Shown here: piece after piece, positions 31,373-42,100 of the stretch
How the letters are laid out: each line of letters opens with the position of its first letter
Position numbering within the stretch: the first letter of the stretch is position 1
NCBI GenBank assembly: GCA_965267335.1
Contig: OZ253953.1
Location: forward strand, 4,270,707 to 4,334,706
DNA from: Cytophagales bacterium
Lineage (GTDB): Bacteria; Bacteroidota; Bacteroidia; Cytophagales; JAAEPT01
DNA: 64,000 nt
Reading direction: 5' to 3'
Notes under the pieces: generated by a model
What the model was told of the DNA's origin: nothing
What the model saw: only the letters and a program-made list of their open reading frames with translations
The model's database searches: none
Translations under genes and position numbers: made by a program

Positions 31373-31404
31373 AAAAAAAGCCTTCCTGTATGGGGAAGGC
31401 TCTT
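31373..31404 (-). terminator. Intrinsic terminator after the lipoprotein gene
   Basis: AGCCTTCC...GGAAGGCT stem with poly-T on the minus strand. Confidence 0.75.
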
Positions 31405-31465
31405 AAAGCTAAAGCCAAAAGGAGGATTACAATTTGGCAGCACTAGCTCAGTAATCGTTGATATT

Positions 31466-32332
31466 TTACAATAATGATAAAGTAAACGAAAAGACTCCAA
31501 TGGTTATTGCCACCGTGTAGTCACATCCTCCGCCTGCACCATAATCAATTACCCTATCTTCCAGTCCATCCGGAGAAACTGTCAGGATACCACTTTTAGG
31601 CATTCTGTAGCCGCTGCAATAACAACTAAGGTCAATTTCAAAGGCATTCGCCTCTTCTACGGTCATGGTAAATGCTCTTCCCTCTCTATTCACTCCTTCG
31701 GCAGTACCCCAGATATAGTATACATCATCACATGGATTTAATACAGTACCTCCGTCTTCCGTCCAATTTCTTGTTCGGGTAGATTTCCATGTAATAGTAT
31801 CGGTCCCATTAGTCCAATAGGCATAACCTGTAGTATCACCAACAGCCGATACTAAGACCTCATATTTCATACCACCGGCACCAATCGTTCCACCAATATT
31901 CTTAACCCTTCTTTGACCTTCAACAATTTCACCATCAACGGTATAATCCTCGGTCCATATAGTATAGGTTTCTCCGGAGTCCCGAAAATCACCTGTATAA
32001 TCAATATGAAGTTTTCCGGTCCTGGTACGACCATCGTAATCGGTACAAGTTCCAGAATCAAAATTTATTGTTATCCTCTTTAACCCCGTATCGTAGGTCA
32101 CACAGCTAGTCGCTGAAGTTTTTAAATTACCTCCATCTGCTCCTTTCTCCATTTCCTCTTGAAGTATCTTACCCAGAACTTCAAATTCCGCATCCATTTT
32201 TGCGTTATCCTGCGATGAGCGAGTCTCAAAGTTGTTGGAATCATCATCATTCGTGTCATCATCTTTCTTACACGAGGTCAAAGTCACACATGAAAGTGCG
32301 ACCATTGCTAGTAACATTCTTAATGTTTTCAT
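31466..32332 (-). CDS. Hypothetical surface lipoprotein
   Basis: LTSC-KKDDD lipoprotein signal; ITINF..G.C...DGRTRTG and IDYG...CD motifs. Confidence 0.75.
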   Translation of the reverse strand: MKTLRMLLAMVALSCVTLTSCKKDDDTNDDDSNNFETRSSQDNAKMDAEFEVLGKILQEEMEKGADGGNLKTSATSCVTYDTGLKRITINFDSGTCTDYDGRTRTGKLHIDYTGDFRDSGETYTIWTEDYTVDGEIVEGQRRVKNIGGTIGAGGMKYEVLVSAVGDTTGYAYWTNGTDTITWKSTRTRNWTEDGGTVLNPCDDVYYIWGTAEGVNREGRAFTMTVEEANAFEIDLSCYCSGYRMPKSGILTVSPDGLEDRVIDYGAGGGCDYTVAITIGVFSFTLSLL

Positions 32333-32576
32333 AGACTAAGTAGCGTTTTACGTTTGATTGGAGTTCTATCAAAAAATAGACCAAACCAAGTTTAATTTAA
32401 ATAATTTAAAGATTTTATAAAAGGCATTTCTTTAAGAATTGAATGTATTCGTATGATAATCAATTAAATATAATCTCTTGAGTAACTCCAAGAAGGAGTT
32501 TCCCTCTTTTGACAATAGTACTATGAAAAGGTTTAAGTGGGTAAAAAATGAGAGGGGCTACTTCAGTTATAAACAC

Positions 32577-32921
32577 TTAACGAAGGCTCTTAATCATGGA
32601 ATAAAGCATTTTTGACAACTCTTCAAGTTCGGAGTAAAAACTTCTGAATTGATCTTGTTCCAAATTAACAATATCTTTTAGGTAGTCAAAAATAGCGGCA
32701 CACTCAAAGACAGAACCTCTTGAAATTACATAAAAATGACGCTTATCGGCTTTCGAATACCTTCCTGAACCTTCAGCTATATTTAGCATTATACTAAAAG
32801 AAGCTCTTCTAAGTTGATCCTTTGTAGTTCTATCAAGTTCCTGAGTTCTAAGAAATAAATTTACTCTTTTATTAAAGTCCTTTGACTTTTCGTAGACAAT
32901 AAGCTTCTCGAAATCAAACAT
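32577..32921 (-). CDS. Four helix bundle protein (23S rRNA IVS / TIGR02436-like)
   Basis: FEKLIVYEKS, DQLRRASFSIMLNIAEGSGR, ISRGSVFEC. Confidence 0.92.
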   Translation of the reverse strand: MFDFEKLIVYEKSKDFNKRVNLFLRTQELDRTTKDQLRRASFSIMLNIAEGSGRYSKADKRHFYVISRGSVFECAAIFDYLKDIVNLEQDQFRSFYSELEELSKMLYSMIKSLR

Positions 32922-32999
32922 CGCAGGCAAGAGTTTGAGCAAGAGCATAGAGATAAAAGCACTGTATGCTATTTCCTCTTGCTCTAAACTTCTAATTAG

Positions 33000-33083
33000 T
33001 GCCCAGGAAGGGAGTCGAACCCTTACGCCCGTACGGACACATGGCCCTCAACCATGCCTGTCTACCAATTCCAGCACCTGGGC
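33000..33083 (-). tRNA. tRNA-Leu(GAG)
   Basis: GCCCAGG/CCTGGGC acceptor stem, CATGG-TT-GAG-GG-CCATG anticodon arm, long variable arm. Confidence 0.97.
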
Positions 33084-33153
33084 AACTTAAAATTTGTGCT
33101 GACAAAAAAAGCTTCCGTAAATCAGAAGCTTCCCTGTCAAACTCAACTTGAAG

Positions 33154-33226
33154 TGATTCGCCTGGGGCTCGAACCCAGGACCCTCTCCTTAAAAGGGAGA
33201 TGCTCTACCAACTGAGCTAGCGAATC
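33154..33226 (-). tRNA. tRNA-Lys(TTT)
   Basis: GATTCGC/GCGAATC acceptor stem, TCTCC-CT-TTT-AA-GGAGA anticodon arm; TACTTTTG promoter at 33272-33279. Confidence 0.97.
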
Positions 33227-33316
33227 AACATTTTCTTTAATTCATTGAGATCGTTTTTCTCAATGGAGGTGCAAAAGTAAGAGGTAATAAATAAATTCCA
33301 AAAACTATTCAGGTAA

Positions 33317-34123
33317 TTATTTGAATGGCGAATCATCTTCCTTTGCCATATGGTTGTAAACCATCTTGTCCATAAACTTTGGAAAACGCTTATTAAGAAA
33401 GACTGTCAATTTTCCTTGTCTTGTCATTATCAAATCTCTCTTTCTTTTTACAACTGCTCTATAAATTCGGGTAGCAACCTCTTCTGCGGTCATCATCTTC
33501 TGCTCGTCCCTGGGGGATTCTCCCTGCGTACTACCATCTTTGGCCAGGGCAGTGTTTCGGATATTAGAGGCTGTGAACCCCGGACAAGCTACCAGGACAT
33601 GTACCCCAGTCTTCAAGAGCTCTGTTCGTAACGCTTCCAGAAAACCTTGCATTGCAAATTTTGATGCCGAATAACCCGTACGCCCAGGTAGACCTCGATA
33701 TCCAGCGATAGAACTGATTCCTATAATTGACCCTTTTTGTTTTAAAATATGTGGCAAGGCATATTTGGTTGCATATACAGTGCCGTAAAAATTAATATCC
33801 ATCACCTGTCTCATGACATCAAGGTTCATATCATTGAACAGCGCTCTCATAGAAATTCCTGCGTTATTAATAAGAATATCGAGTTGACCGAATTTACTTA
33901 TGGTTTCTTCAATCGATTTTTTATTATCCTCTTCTTTACTGGCATCCGCGATGACACCCAGGACATCAACATGTTGCCCCTTGAGCCAATCTGTGGTTTC
34001 CTTCAGCTTAGTTTCGTTACGTCCGGTGATCACAACCTTAGAACCCTGCTTACCAAACTCATGGGCTAGTGCTTTCCCGATTCCGGAAGAGCCACCGGTA
34101 ATAAGTACAACCTTGTCTTTCAT
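33317..34123 (-). CDS. SDR family oxidoreductase
   Basis: TGGSSGIG, NNAG, YSASK. Confidence 0.95.
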   Translation of the reverse strand: MKDKVVLITGGSSGIGKALAHEFGKQGSKVVITGRNETKLKETTDWLKGQHVDVLGVIADASKEEDNKKSIEETISKFGQLDILINNAGISMRALFNDMNLDVMRQVMDINFYGTVYATKYALPHILKQKGSIIGISSIAGYRGLPGRTGYSASKFAMQGFLEALRTELLKTGVHVLVACPGFTASNIRNTALAKDGSTQGESPRDEQKMMTAEEVATRIYRAVVKRKRDLIMTRQGKLTVFLNKRFPKFMDKMVYNHMAKEDDSPFK

Positions 34124-34172
34124 TTTTTAGGATTTGGGCAAAGGTAAGCGGAAGCTGCTTAAAGTAAAAATA

Positions 34173-35696
34173 TCAACGGATTAGCTGAAGCCAACCCTTT
34201 GTAATCCTTTTCTCATAAAACAGACTATAATAATAAAGTCCCTCTGAATTACCCTCAGGTTCCCAGGAGAAGTCAATATTCTCATCTATAAAGACTAGCT
34301 TACCCCAACGATTATAAACCTCTACGCGCAAAAATGCATCATCACATAAGTCTTCGGGTAAATCGGGAATTGTAAATCCATCGTTGACTCCATCTCCGTT
34401 CGGGGTAAAAACATTAATCGTTGGAATTGTATTATCCTGAAAAATAGGTGCTACAATGAAATTCACCCTCATCGTATCGGCCGACACTTCCACGCAACCG
34501 TTAGTTCCACTGTCAGCAGCTATCAGATCAATCTCAAAATAACCTGTTTCCGAATCAGCACATTTATCCCAGCAGAATGATGTTTGAAGAGTGTCTGTCT
34601 CATCAGCTATTGTCCCGGTAGTGTCATTAAATGAAAGGTCTTCATCCAGCACCTGAAGCTTATCACTATAAATCGTTACCTCGTCAGATGAATCTGTAGC
34701 AAAAACTTCAAAGCACCGGTCGTCATCCGGATTTACAATTATTGTTTCTCCTTCAACATACCAGTCATTGGTATTAGGATTCCAAACATCAATAGTTGGG
34801 AGCTTATTAGGATAACATGGAGGCAGTACCAGCATTTGGTAGTCACGCCTCAGCTCACCAATTTTAAGTCCGCCCCGGTACTCTTCAATTAACACCGCAA
34901 ATACGTGCAATCCTTCCTGTGACGGGGTTATAGATAATTCACCTGTTATCGAATCAATACGTAACTCAGGGTTACCGGAAACCTGGTTATCTTCGCTAAA
35001 ACCTGAAAGCCAGACCACATTAGACCAGGGTTTCGGTTGTGGAGGATTGGGAATAATGTTAATGACCGAACTAGTGCCATTATATGGTGTCACCATGCTA
35101 TAAACCAAAGAATCACCGTCATCATCGGAAGCACTAAAGTCGAAGGTGTAGTGTTGATCGATGCAGACAAAATCGGAAAATGGAGGCACAATAACTGGAG
35201 AACTGTTTTTATAGAAAAATCCTCCCTGTGTTACCGGAGGAAACTTGAGATAAAATACCATTCCGGCTCCTCCGGGGTTATTGATATTTTGAATAATACC
35301 ATTGCGACAGCATCGCTCCCAAACCAGATAGTAACCAGAAGAATCGTCATAGATGGCGGGTGATAATAGCTTGTTAGTGGAATACTTGATGATCCTGGTT
35401 TCCAGAATAGATTCCTGACAGTAAGGGTTATTATATTCTATCAGTTCAGTATTTGAAACACTGGGAATTGTAAACTGCTCCATTAAAGCACCTGTAGCAT
35501 TCTCATATATAGCCACATTAGTACTAAAGTCTTCAGCTGCAGGATTTCCATTAATGTTATCGAAGTATAAAATCAGATTGATCTCATAATTATAGCTACT
35601 ATCGATATTTATTAGTTGAAACTCACCTCCCACAATGTGGGTCGCCCGAACAGACAGGCAGGAAAGGATTAGGTGTGCAATGATAAAAACTCTCAT
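34173..35696 (-). CDS. T9SS type B (gliding motility-associated C-terminal domain) secreted protein
   Basis: ATHIVGG N-terminus, RCCRN, NVFTPNGDGVND...YNRWG...KGWLQLIR. Confidence 0.88.
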   Translation of the reverse strand: MRVFIIAHLILSCLSVRATHIVGGEFQLINIDSSYNYEINLILYFDNINGNPAAEDFSTNVAIYENATGALMEQFTIPSVSNTELIEYNNPYCQESILETRIIKYSTNKLLSPAIYDDSSGYYLVWERCCRNGIIQNINNPGGAGMVFYLKFPPVTQGGFFYKNSSPVIVPPFSDFVCIDQHYTFDFSASDDDGDSLVYSMVTPYNGTSSVINIIPNPPQPKPWSNVVWLSGFSEDNQVSGNPELRIDSITGELSITPSQEGLHVFAVLIEEYRGGLKIGELRRDYQMLVLPPCYPNKLPTIDVWNPNTNDWYVEGETIIVNPDDDRCFEVFATDSSDEVTIYSDKLQVLDEDLSFNDTTGTIADETDTLQTSFCWDKCADSETGYFEIDLIAADSGTNGCVEVSADTMRVNFIVAPIFQDNTIPTINVFTPNGDGVNDGFTIPDLPEDLCDDAFLRVEVYNRWGKLVFIDENIDFSWEPEGNSEGLYYYSLFYEKRITKGWLQLIR

Positions 35697-35700
35697 TGAA

Positions 35701-37572
35701 TTACCTTAATATTTGGACCCAACCCTTAAATTCATTGTTCTCGTATTGTATGTAGTAGTAGTATATTCCGGTATTAACTCCTTCTCCTTTCCAGCTAAAA
35801 TTGCGTTGATCAGAGCTATATACCCTGGACCCCCACCGGTTATATATTTCTATTGCAACAAATTCTCCGTCACATTTTTCTTCAGGCAAGGTCGGCAATT
35901 CAAAACAATCATTAATTCCATCTCCATTGGGAGTAAAAACATTGATGGCCTCAAACGGCTGTGGCACAAAAGGAGTCTCAAATACTCTGACCACAACCTG
36001 TGTCGAAGAATCGTTAGGAGCGTTGCACCAATTATCATCTACTTTGAACCGCATTGCAAAGTACTCTTGCTCCAACATTGCACAATCAACGTACATATAA
36101 AACTGGGAACTCACCATCCCCTGGCCACTGACGGTAGCGAAGCTCATATTCTTGTCACCAAAATTATAACCTATTCCCTCTCCTTCAAGTACAATGTCAT
36201 GATTGTCGATGTCTTCTCCATATACCACGAAAGTCGTATCATGCCATACCTCTAAACTAATCGTGTCATCACTAAGACTAGTATAGACAAACGGATCGTT
36301 ATTGTCAGCAGGAGTCACAACCCACCAGACTTCTACGGTATCCGTAAGCGGAAGTGGACATCCATCATCTGTGAGCAAGAAACTTGTTTTCCATACTTCT
36401 CCCTCGCTATCCGAACATGGATTCCAACTTACTTTAGAGGTAGTTGTATCACCATTGGCATTAATAGCGCCAATTGAATTCGAAACAGACATAAGATTTG
36501 GAGTATAGTTCAGTGCACTTGTAGTCAGCTGGAGTATGATAAAATCATCATTCTCTGTAAGCGAATCGGTGAATTTAAGATCATACTCAAAATCGTCATT
36601 ACCATCAACAAAAACAGTATCTCCTTCTGCGTACAATGATCCATCTTCGTGATAAAACAAAACTGAAGGTGCTATATTCGGGTCACAGGGAGGACGCACC
36701 AAAAGTTGATAATCCCGCTTGACCGAACCAATTTTTACGCCATCCCTATATTCATCCACGGATACCGAAAAGACAAATAAGCCCTGTTGTGTAGGGGTCA
36801 CGGAAAGCTGACCGGTTTCAGGGTCTATTGACAAAGTCGGACTCCCATCAATGGCGTTGTTGGCGTTATAGCCGCTTAGCCAATCGACTACATCATAGGG
36901 CGCTGGGTGTGGCCCTGGATCAAACCAAAGATTGTATTCCCCCGTCCATGGGTCATTCATTCTATAGGCCAGAGAGTCTCCATCAGCGTCCGTTGCGCTG
37001 AAATCGTATTGAAAGCTTTGTCCCACACAAGCGTACTCGGCAAACGGTGGGGCAAACACCGGACTATCATTTCTTAATAAGACTGTATCGTTCTCAACCA
37101 CAGGAGGAAATTCCATATAAAAGATCATGCCTGTACTTAAAGGGTCACTAATATTGGTAATGAACTCATTTCGGCAACATCGGTCCCACATGACATAATA
37201 CCCTCCTGGTTCATTGTACTCGTTTGGTGATAGTGCTATTGCTTTTCGATAACGAATAATTCTGGTGACCAACTCCTGTACCTGACAATCCGGGTTTTGG
37301 TAGGGAATAAACTCATTATCAGAAACCTTTTCGAGTGAATGTGTTGAGATTAACGCATTGGTTGTCTTGCTGTAAATACCAACGATAAGCACGTTTTCAG
37401 CAAGAAGCTCTTCGTTTCCACTAATGGCATCAAAATAGAGATTCAGTCGCAGATCATAATTATATCCCTTCAAAGAATAGGTCAACTCAAAATCACCCCC
37501 TACAATATGTGTGGCCCTACTTCCAGTGAAAGAAGCTATAATCAATAACGATATGAAAAGAATTCGTTTCAT
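35701..37572 (-). CDS. T9SS type B secreted protein, paralog of 34173-35696
   Basis: ATHIVGG, RCCRN, NVFTPNGDGIND...YNRWG...KGWVQILR. Confidence 0.88.
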   Translation of the reverse strand: MKRILFISLLIIASFTGSRATHIVGGDFELTYSLKGYNYDLRLNLYFDAISGNEELLAENVLIVGIYSKTTNALISTHSLEKVSDNEFIPYQNPDCQVQELVTRIIRYRKAIALSPNEYNEPGGYYVMWDRCCRNEFITNISDPLSTGMIFYMEFPPVVENDTVLLRNDSPVFAPPFAEYACVGQSFQYDFSATDADGDSLAYRMNDPWTGEYNLWFDPGPHPAPYDVVDWLSGYNANNAIDGSPTLSIDPETGQLSVTPTQQGLFVFSVSVDEYRDGVKIGSVKRDYQLLVRPPCDPNIAPSVLFYHEDGSLYAEGDTVFVDGNDDFEYDLKFTDSLTENDDFIILQLTTSALNYTPNLMSVSNSIGAINANGDTTTSKVSWNPCSDSEGEVWKTSFLLTDDGCPLPLTDTVEVWWVVTPADNNDPFVYTSLSDDTISLEVWHDTTFVVYGEDIDNHDIVLEGEGIGYNFGDKNMSFATVSGQGMVSSQFYMYVDCAMLEQEYFAMRFKVDDNWCNAPNDSSTQVVVRVFETPFVPQPFEAINVFTPNGDGINDCFELPTLPEEKCDGEFVAIEIYNRWGSRVYSSDQRNFSWKGEGVNTGIYYYYIQYENNEFKGWVQILR

Positions 37573-37634
37573 TTACCTATACCTTAAAACACGTAAGGCT
37601 GCAAATATTGTTTATTTTTGCCAAAATTTTTCTC

Positions 37635-39038
37635 ATGGGTAGACGTACGAAAAAATACACTGTAACCAACCTAGAAATCCTAGACATAACTGCTGACGGC
37701 AAATGCTTGGCCCGGAACGACAATAAGGTAATATTTGTCAAAAATGTAGCTCCAGGCGATCTGGTTGATGTTCAGGTATATAAAGATAAGAAAAATTTCT
37801 CAGAAGCGTCTCCCATACATTTTCATTCATACTCAGACCGTAGGACCGAGCCAGTATGTAACCACTTTGGTGTTTGTGGTGGTTGTAAGTGGCAACATGT
37901 AAATTATGACACCCAACTTTTTTATAAGGAAAAACAAGTAAAGGATGCAATCGAAAGAATTGGAAAGGTAGAAAAAGCTGAATTTATTCCGATTCTAGGA
38001 TCAGAAAAACAATACGAGTATAGAAACAAACTCGAGTACACCTTTACTCCCAGAAGGTGGCTGACTGATGAAGAAATTAAATCAGATGAGGACTTTGAAC
38101 GGAGAGGAGTTGGATTTCATGTGCCTGGTGGTTTTGACAAAGTGATCAATATAGACAAGTGTCACTTACAGGATGATCTGTCCAACAAGGTGAGAAACGC
38201 GATTCGCGAGTATGCTCTAAAAAAAGATTTGACGTTTTATAACATCAGAGAACACCACGGATTACTACGAAACCTGATCGTCAGAAATACAAGCCTGAAT
38301 GAGTGGATGATCATTGTACAGTTCGGTGAAGAAAACCAAAATCAGATTCCCTCATTGATGGAGTACCTGAAGGATGAGTTCCCGGAAATCACTTCTCTTA
38401 ACTATGTTATCAATACCAAGAAGAATGACACGCTACAGGACCAGGAGGTTATTTGTTATTCAGGCAAGGAATTCATCACGGAAAAAATGGAAGATCTTGA
38501 GTTTAAGATCGGCCCCAAATCCTTTTTCCAGACGAATTCAAAACAGGCTTTAGAGTTATATAAGTTGACTCGGGAATTTGCCCAACTCCGGGGAAACGAA
38601 ATTGTCTATGACCTTTATACTGGTACAGGTACAATTGCCAACTTCATAGCTCATCAAGCAGAAAAGGTGATAGGCATCGAATATGTACCAGAAGCTATAG
38701 AGGATGCTAAAATCAATTCTGAGGTTAACAATATCTCCAACACTACGTTCTACGCAGGTGACATGAAGGACTTATTGACCGATGAACTTTTTGAACAACA
38801 CCAACAGCCTGATGTTATCATAACTGACCCTCCAAGGGCCGGTATGCATCCCGATGTTGTTGAAAAGATCAATCAATCCGGAGCCAAAAAAATCGTGTAC
38901 GTAAGCTGTAATCCTGCTACGCAGGCACGGGACATAGAGTTGATGAGTGAGTACTATGACTTAATAAAAATTCAGCCGGTCGATATGTTTCCACAGACGA
39001 GTCATGTGGAGAGTGTGGCGTTGTTGGAAAAAAAATAA
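37635..39038 (+). CDS. rlmD: 23S rRNA (uracil-C5)-methyltransferase with TRAM domain
   Basis: CNHFGVCGGC, SFFQTN, DLYTGTG, DPPRAG, YVSCNP, DMFPQTSHVE. Confidence 0.95.
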   Translation: MGRRTKKYTVTNLEILDITADGKCLARNDNKVIFVKNVAPGDLVDVQVYKDKKNFSEASPIHFHSYSDRRTEPVCNHFGVCGGCKWQHVNYDTQLFYKEKQVKDAIERIGKVEKAEFIPILGSEKQYEYRNKLEYTFTPRRWLTDEEIKSDEDFERRGVGFHVPGGFDKVINIDKCHLQDDLSNKVRNAIREYALKKDLTFYNIREHHGLLRNLIVRNTSLNEWMIIVQFGEENQNQIPSLMEYLKDEFPEITSLNYVINTKKNDTLQDQEVICYSGKEFITEKMEDLEFKIGPKSFFQTNSKQALELYKLTREFAQLRGNEIVYDLYTGTGTIANFIAHQAEKVIGIEYVPEAIEDAKINSEVNNISNTTFYAGDMKDLLTDELFEQHQQPDVIITDPPRAGMHPDVVEKINQSGAKKIVYVSCNPATQARDIELMSEYYDLIKIQPVDMFPQTSHVESVALLEKK

Positions 39039-39128
39039 TTCGCCAATCCACATTTTTCTTCCAGCATACAGCTATTTGTGGAAAGGAATAATACCTCAGT
39101 TCTCAAAGGCAATTGAATTAATACTCTA

Positions 39129-42100
39129 TCAACGTTCAGAAAACTCTCCCCATGCTTCCTTTGCTTGTTTCTTCCAATCCACCTGAACCTCATCCCAATT
39201 TGTATATTCTACTCTGGAGACATTAAAATTTAGTTTTTTATTCCCTTTTTCAAAGGGGCCCACTATACCAAAATAGTCGGTTTTTTCTCCATAGTTATAG
39301 TTGAATTTGAAACAGTAGTACACGTCACCATTCAGTTCCACCTCTCCAAGTAATTCTATTTCTTCTGGCTCGTCATCATTTGTCAGATAATTGAACAGAC
39401 ACAATTTTGCAAATCCCTCTCTCCTTAGATATTTAGATGGAACCTCTGATAGTTTATCAGCTTCATTATAAGCTTCCATAATTTCATATCTATAGTAATC
39501 AGATTTGAGATTTTTCTTTACTAATGATTTATTGACATCTAAATTGTTTACAATCCGGACCCTTAGAGCCTGAGTTACTAACCAATTGTTCTTCACAAAA
39601 CCCAGCAGCTCATCGGTGTATTTATCACTTACTTTTCGTCCGGTAACTTTATACATCAGGGTAAAGTAGCTATACATCTCACGCTGATACAGGTATTCCT
39701 GATCACCTAAGTCCTCTTTATATCTAGCTAAATCTGTCATCGCAAGACTTGTTAATCTATCGAAATTATCCATGACAAGCTTAATCTGACTGGAATCACC
39801 GTTGAGTAAATCGATGGCTAACGAAAGAATATCATTTTTGTATTGATCATTATCTAATAGTGGTAGTAGCTCATGAAAGTGATTTTGGATAAGTGTCAAA
39901 GAATCCCTGAAGGGAACGAACATCTTCCAGTGATACTTAGCAATATCCTTAGGAGGGTCTTGAAAAAACACCTTGATATAAGCCTCCGTAGCCAATGGAG
40001 TATCAAAATCAACCAAAGCTTGAATAATTGCATACTTCACCTGATCGGTGGTATTCGGTGTCGAATAAAGATTTACTAGAAATGAAATGGAACTGCTATC
40101 ATTTATTATTCCAATATTTTCAATGATTTTACACTTTACTCCATTAAAGGAAGTATCGTCCGGATAGTTCTCTTTCAACGCCTCATAAAAAAGAGGCAAA
40201 TCATTTATCTCATATTCATTGTAATCTATGGCCCCTAATGCATTTTTGAAATCCGTGGTGTCCGTTGACTTTAATGCTTTCAGAATATCTTTCGTTTTGC
40301 TTTTGGAAAGGCCAAAATTTCCGTGCCCCGGTAGAAAGGTGAATGAATTGAAATATTTATTGGCATCATCACTATAAACCTCATCTTTGGACAACAAACC
40401 CATATTCAAATAATAATATCCCCCTTTTGCCCATATTCGCATTCGTTTTAGAGAACCTGAGTTTCCTGACTTCACAAATACCTCACGACAAGCGACACTA
40501 TCAACAAAGACCTTTCTTTCCTCAACGATTGAGTCCTTCCAACTTATGTACTCGTCTGTTTTTCTTTTATAAAAAGTGTCCAACTCAAGAATGTGGGTAA
40601 ACTCTTTTAATTTGCAAACCTGAAGGACATACACTCCTCCTGACTCAGGGTTAGTGCAATCGAAAGTATGTATTTCTTCTATGTAACTATCATATTCGGT
40701 TGAACTATCCTTATCATACTTCTTCAACGGAAATTGTTTGAAAGCTATCTTTAATTCATCCGATTTATGATCAGCAAATTTGCATGAAGCGTACGGTTCA
40801 AAAGAAAGAGAACCCAAAAATGGATCGTCTGATGAGGGAGTCATCTTGTTAAAGGACTGACGAATAAACTTATAGTATCTATTGCCTCGTGCATACACTT
40901 CTATTTCACAATAGAATTGATCGTTCAGTAACATATTAAACTTTCGTCCCGGGAATCCATCCTTCCATATTGTATCTACCTCACTTATGCTCGATCCACT
41001 TTTTGCAAGAACTTTAACCAACTCTTGCAATCCTGAATCTGGGTCCTCAAGGTAATAACCAACCGGAAAATCATTGTAGGCAATGATGTAGTTTGCATTA
41101 TCTTTTAAACTCAACGACATGAACATATTAATTTTATACGGTTCGCTATCTTCACCACCACTGGTCTCAGAAATTGATGGTTTTGGTTGAACGGGCACCA
41201 AGCATGAGAACGCCCCATTTGAGTTTTTAAATTCTATCCAATCACTTTCCGTGGGAGATGACTTTTTAAAAGATTTAAAAGAATTAAAAAACCGATTATA
41301 AATAGGTGATTCCAGATTGTTGGATCCATGTCCTACATAAGCACCATACAAAGTAGAGTTTTTGACAAATAGCTGCATACGTATCTGCCCCACGCTTCCT
41401 TTTTCTAGTAAAATATCAAAGGCCTTATCACCATCTTTGACGATCCTCTTTTTGCTTATAACAGTTGTTGCCTCATCTTTTTTATAGGTTTGTATTATAG
41501 TTTTAATTAATTCGTCTTCGTTGTATTGTTCACCGGTTGGTAAATGCATTGTCATAAGCCCATAATATGACCCATCGGTTAGGTCAGGATAAAGTTGCAT
41601 ATCAAGTATTGGAATAAAGTCAAGTTTGAAGGGTTTGTTTGGAATTTCTATACTATAACCGTATTCCTTGTTACTGTAGGTTACCCATTTCATTTTTTGA
41701 ACATCCACCTTGTAGTTTTGTGCAACTCCGGTAAATGATGCCTCTACCTGTGTTACGACATAACCCTGTGCTCTCAGTAATTCTATGATACCGTACCTTC
41801 CTGGTAAATGAGCTGTTCCTACCGCTGAAAAAGTCGAGCCTTTTTTCATAAGGTCAATAATACTTTCTGTCATTTGGGTATTTCTGCTTATCATCAAGGA
41901 ATCTTCAAGGCCTGAAGAACCAACAAAACTTTCTATAACATCTACATCGCCTTCCTCATAAATCTGTGTGAGTACTTCAAGTTCAATTTTGTAAACATCT
42001 TTATCAGAATCAATAAGTTCTAATAATTCTGCCTTCTGAGATTCTGGTGATTTACCATTGAACATATCTATCTGAACCTGCACATCTTCCAATCCGAATA

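Noticed and set aside
31138-31446. 102-aa + strand ORF
   Set aside because: Antisense to tRNA-Gln, the pseudo-tRNA, a promoter and a terminator.
31090-33226. tRNA-anchored genomic island or att sites
   Set aside because: No integrase and no distal duplication of a tRNA 3' end found; the tRNA-Gln duplicate is adjacent and best conserved in its 5' half.
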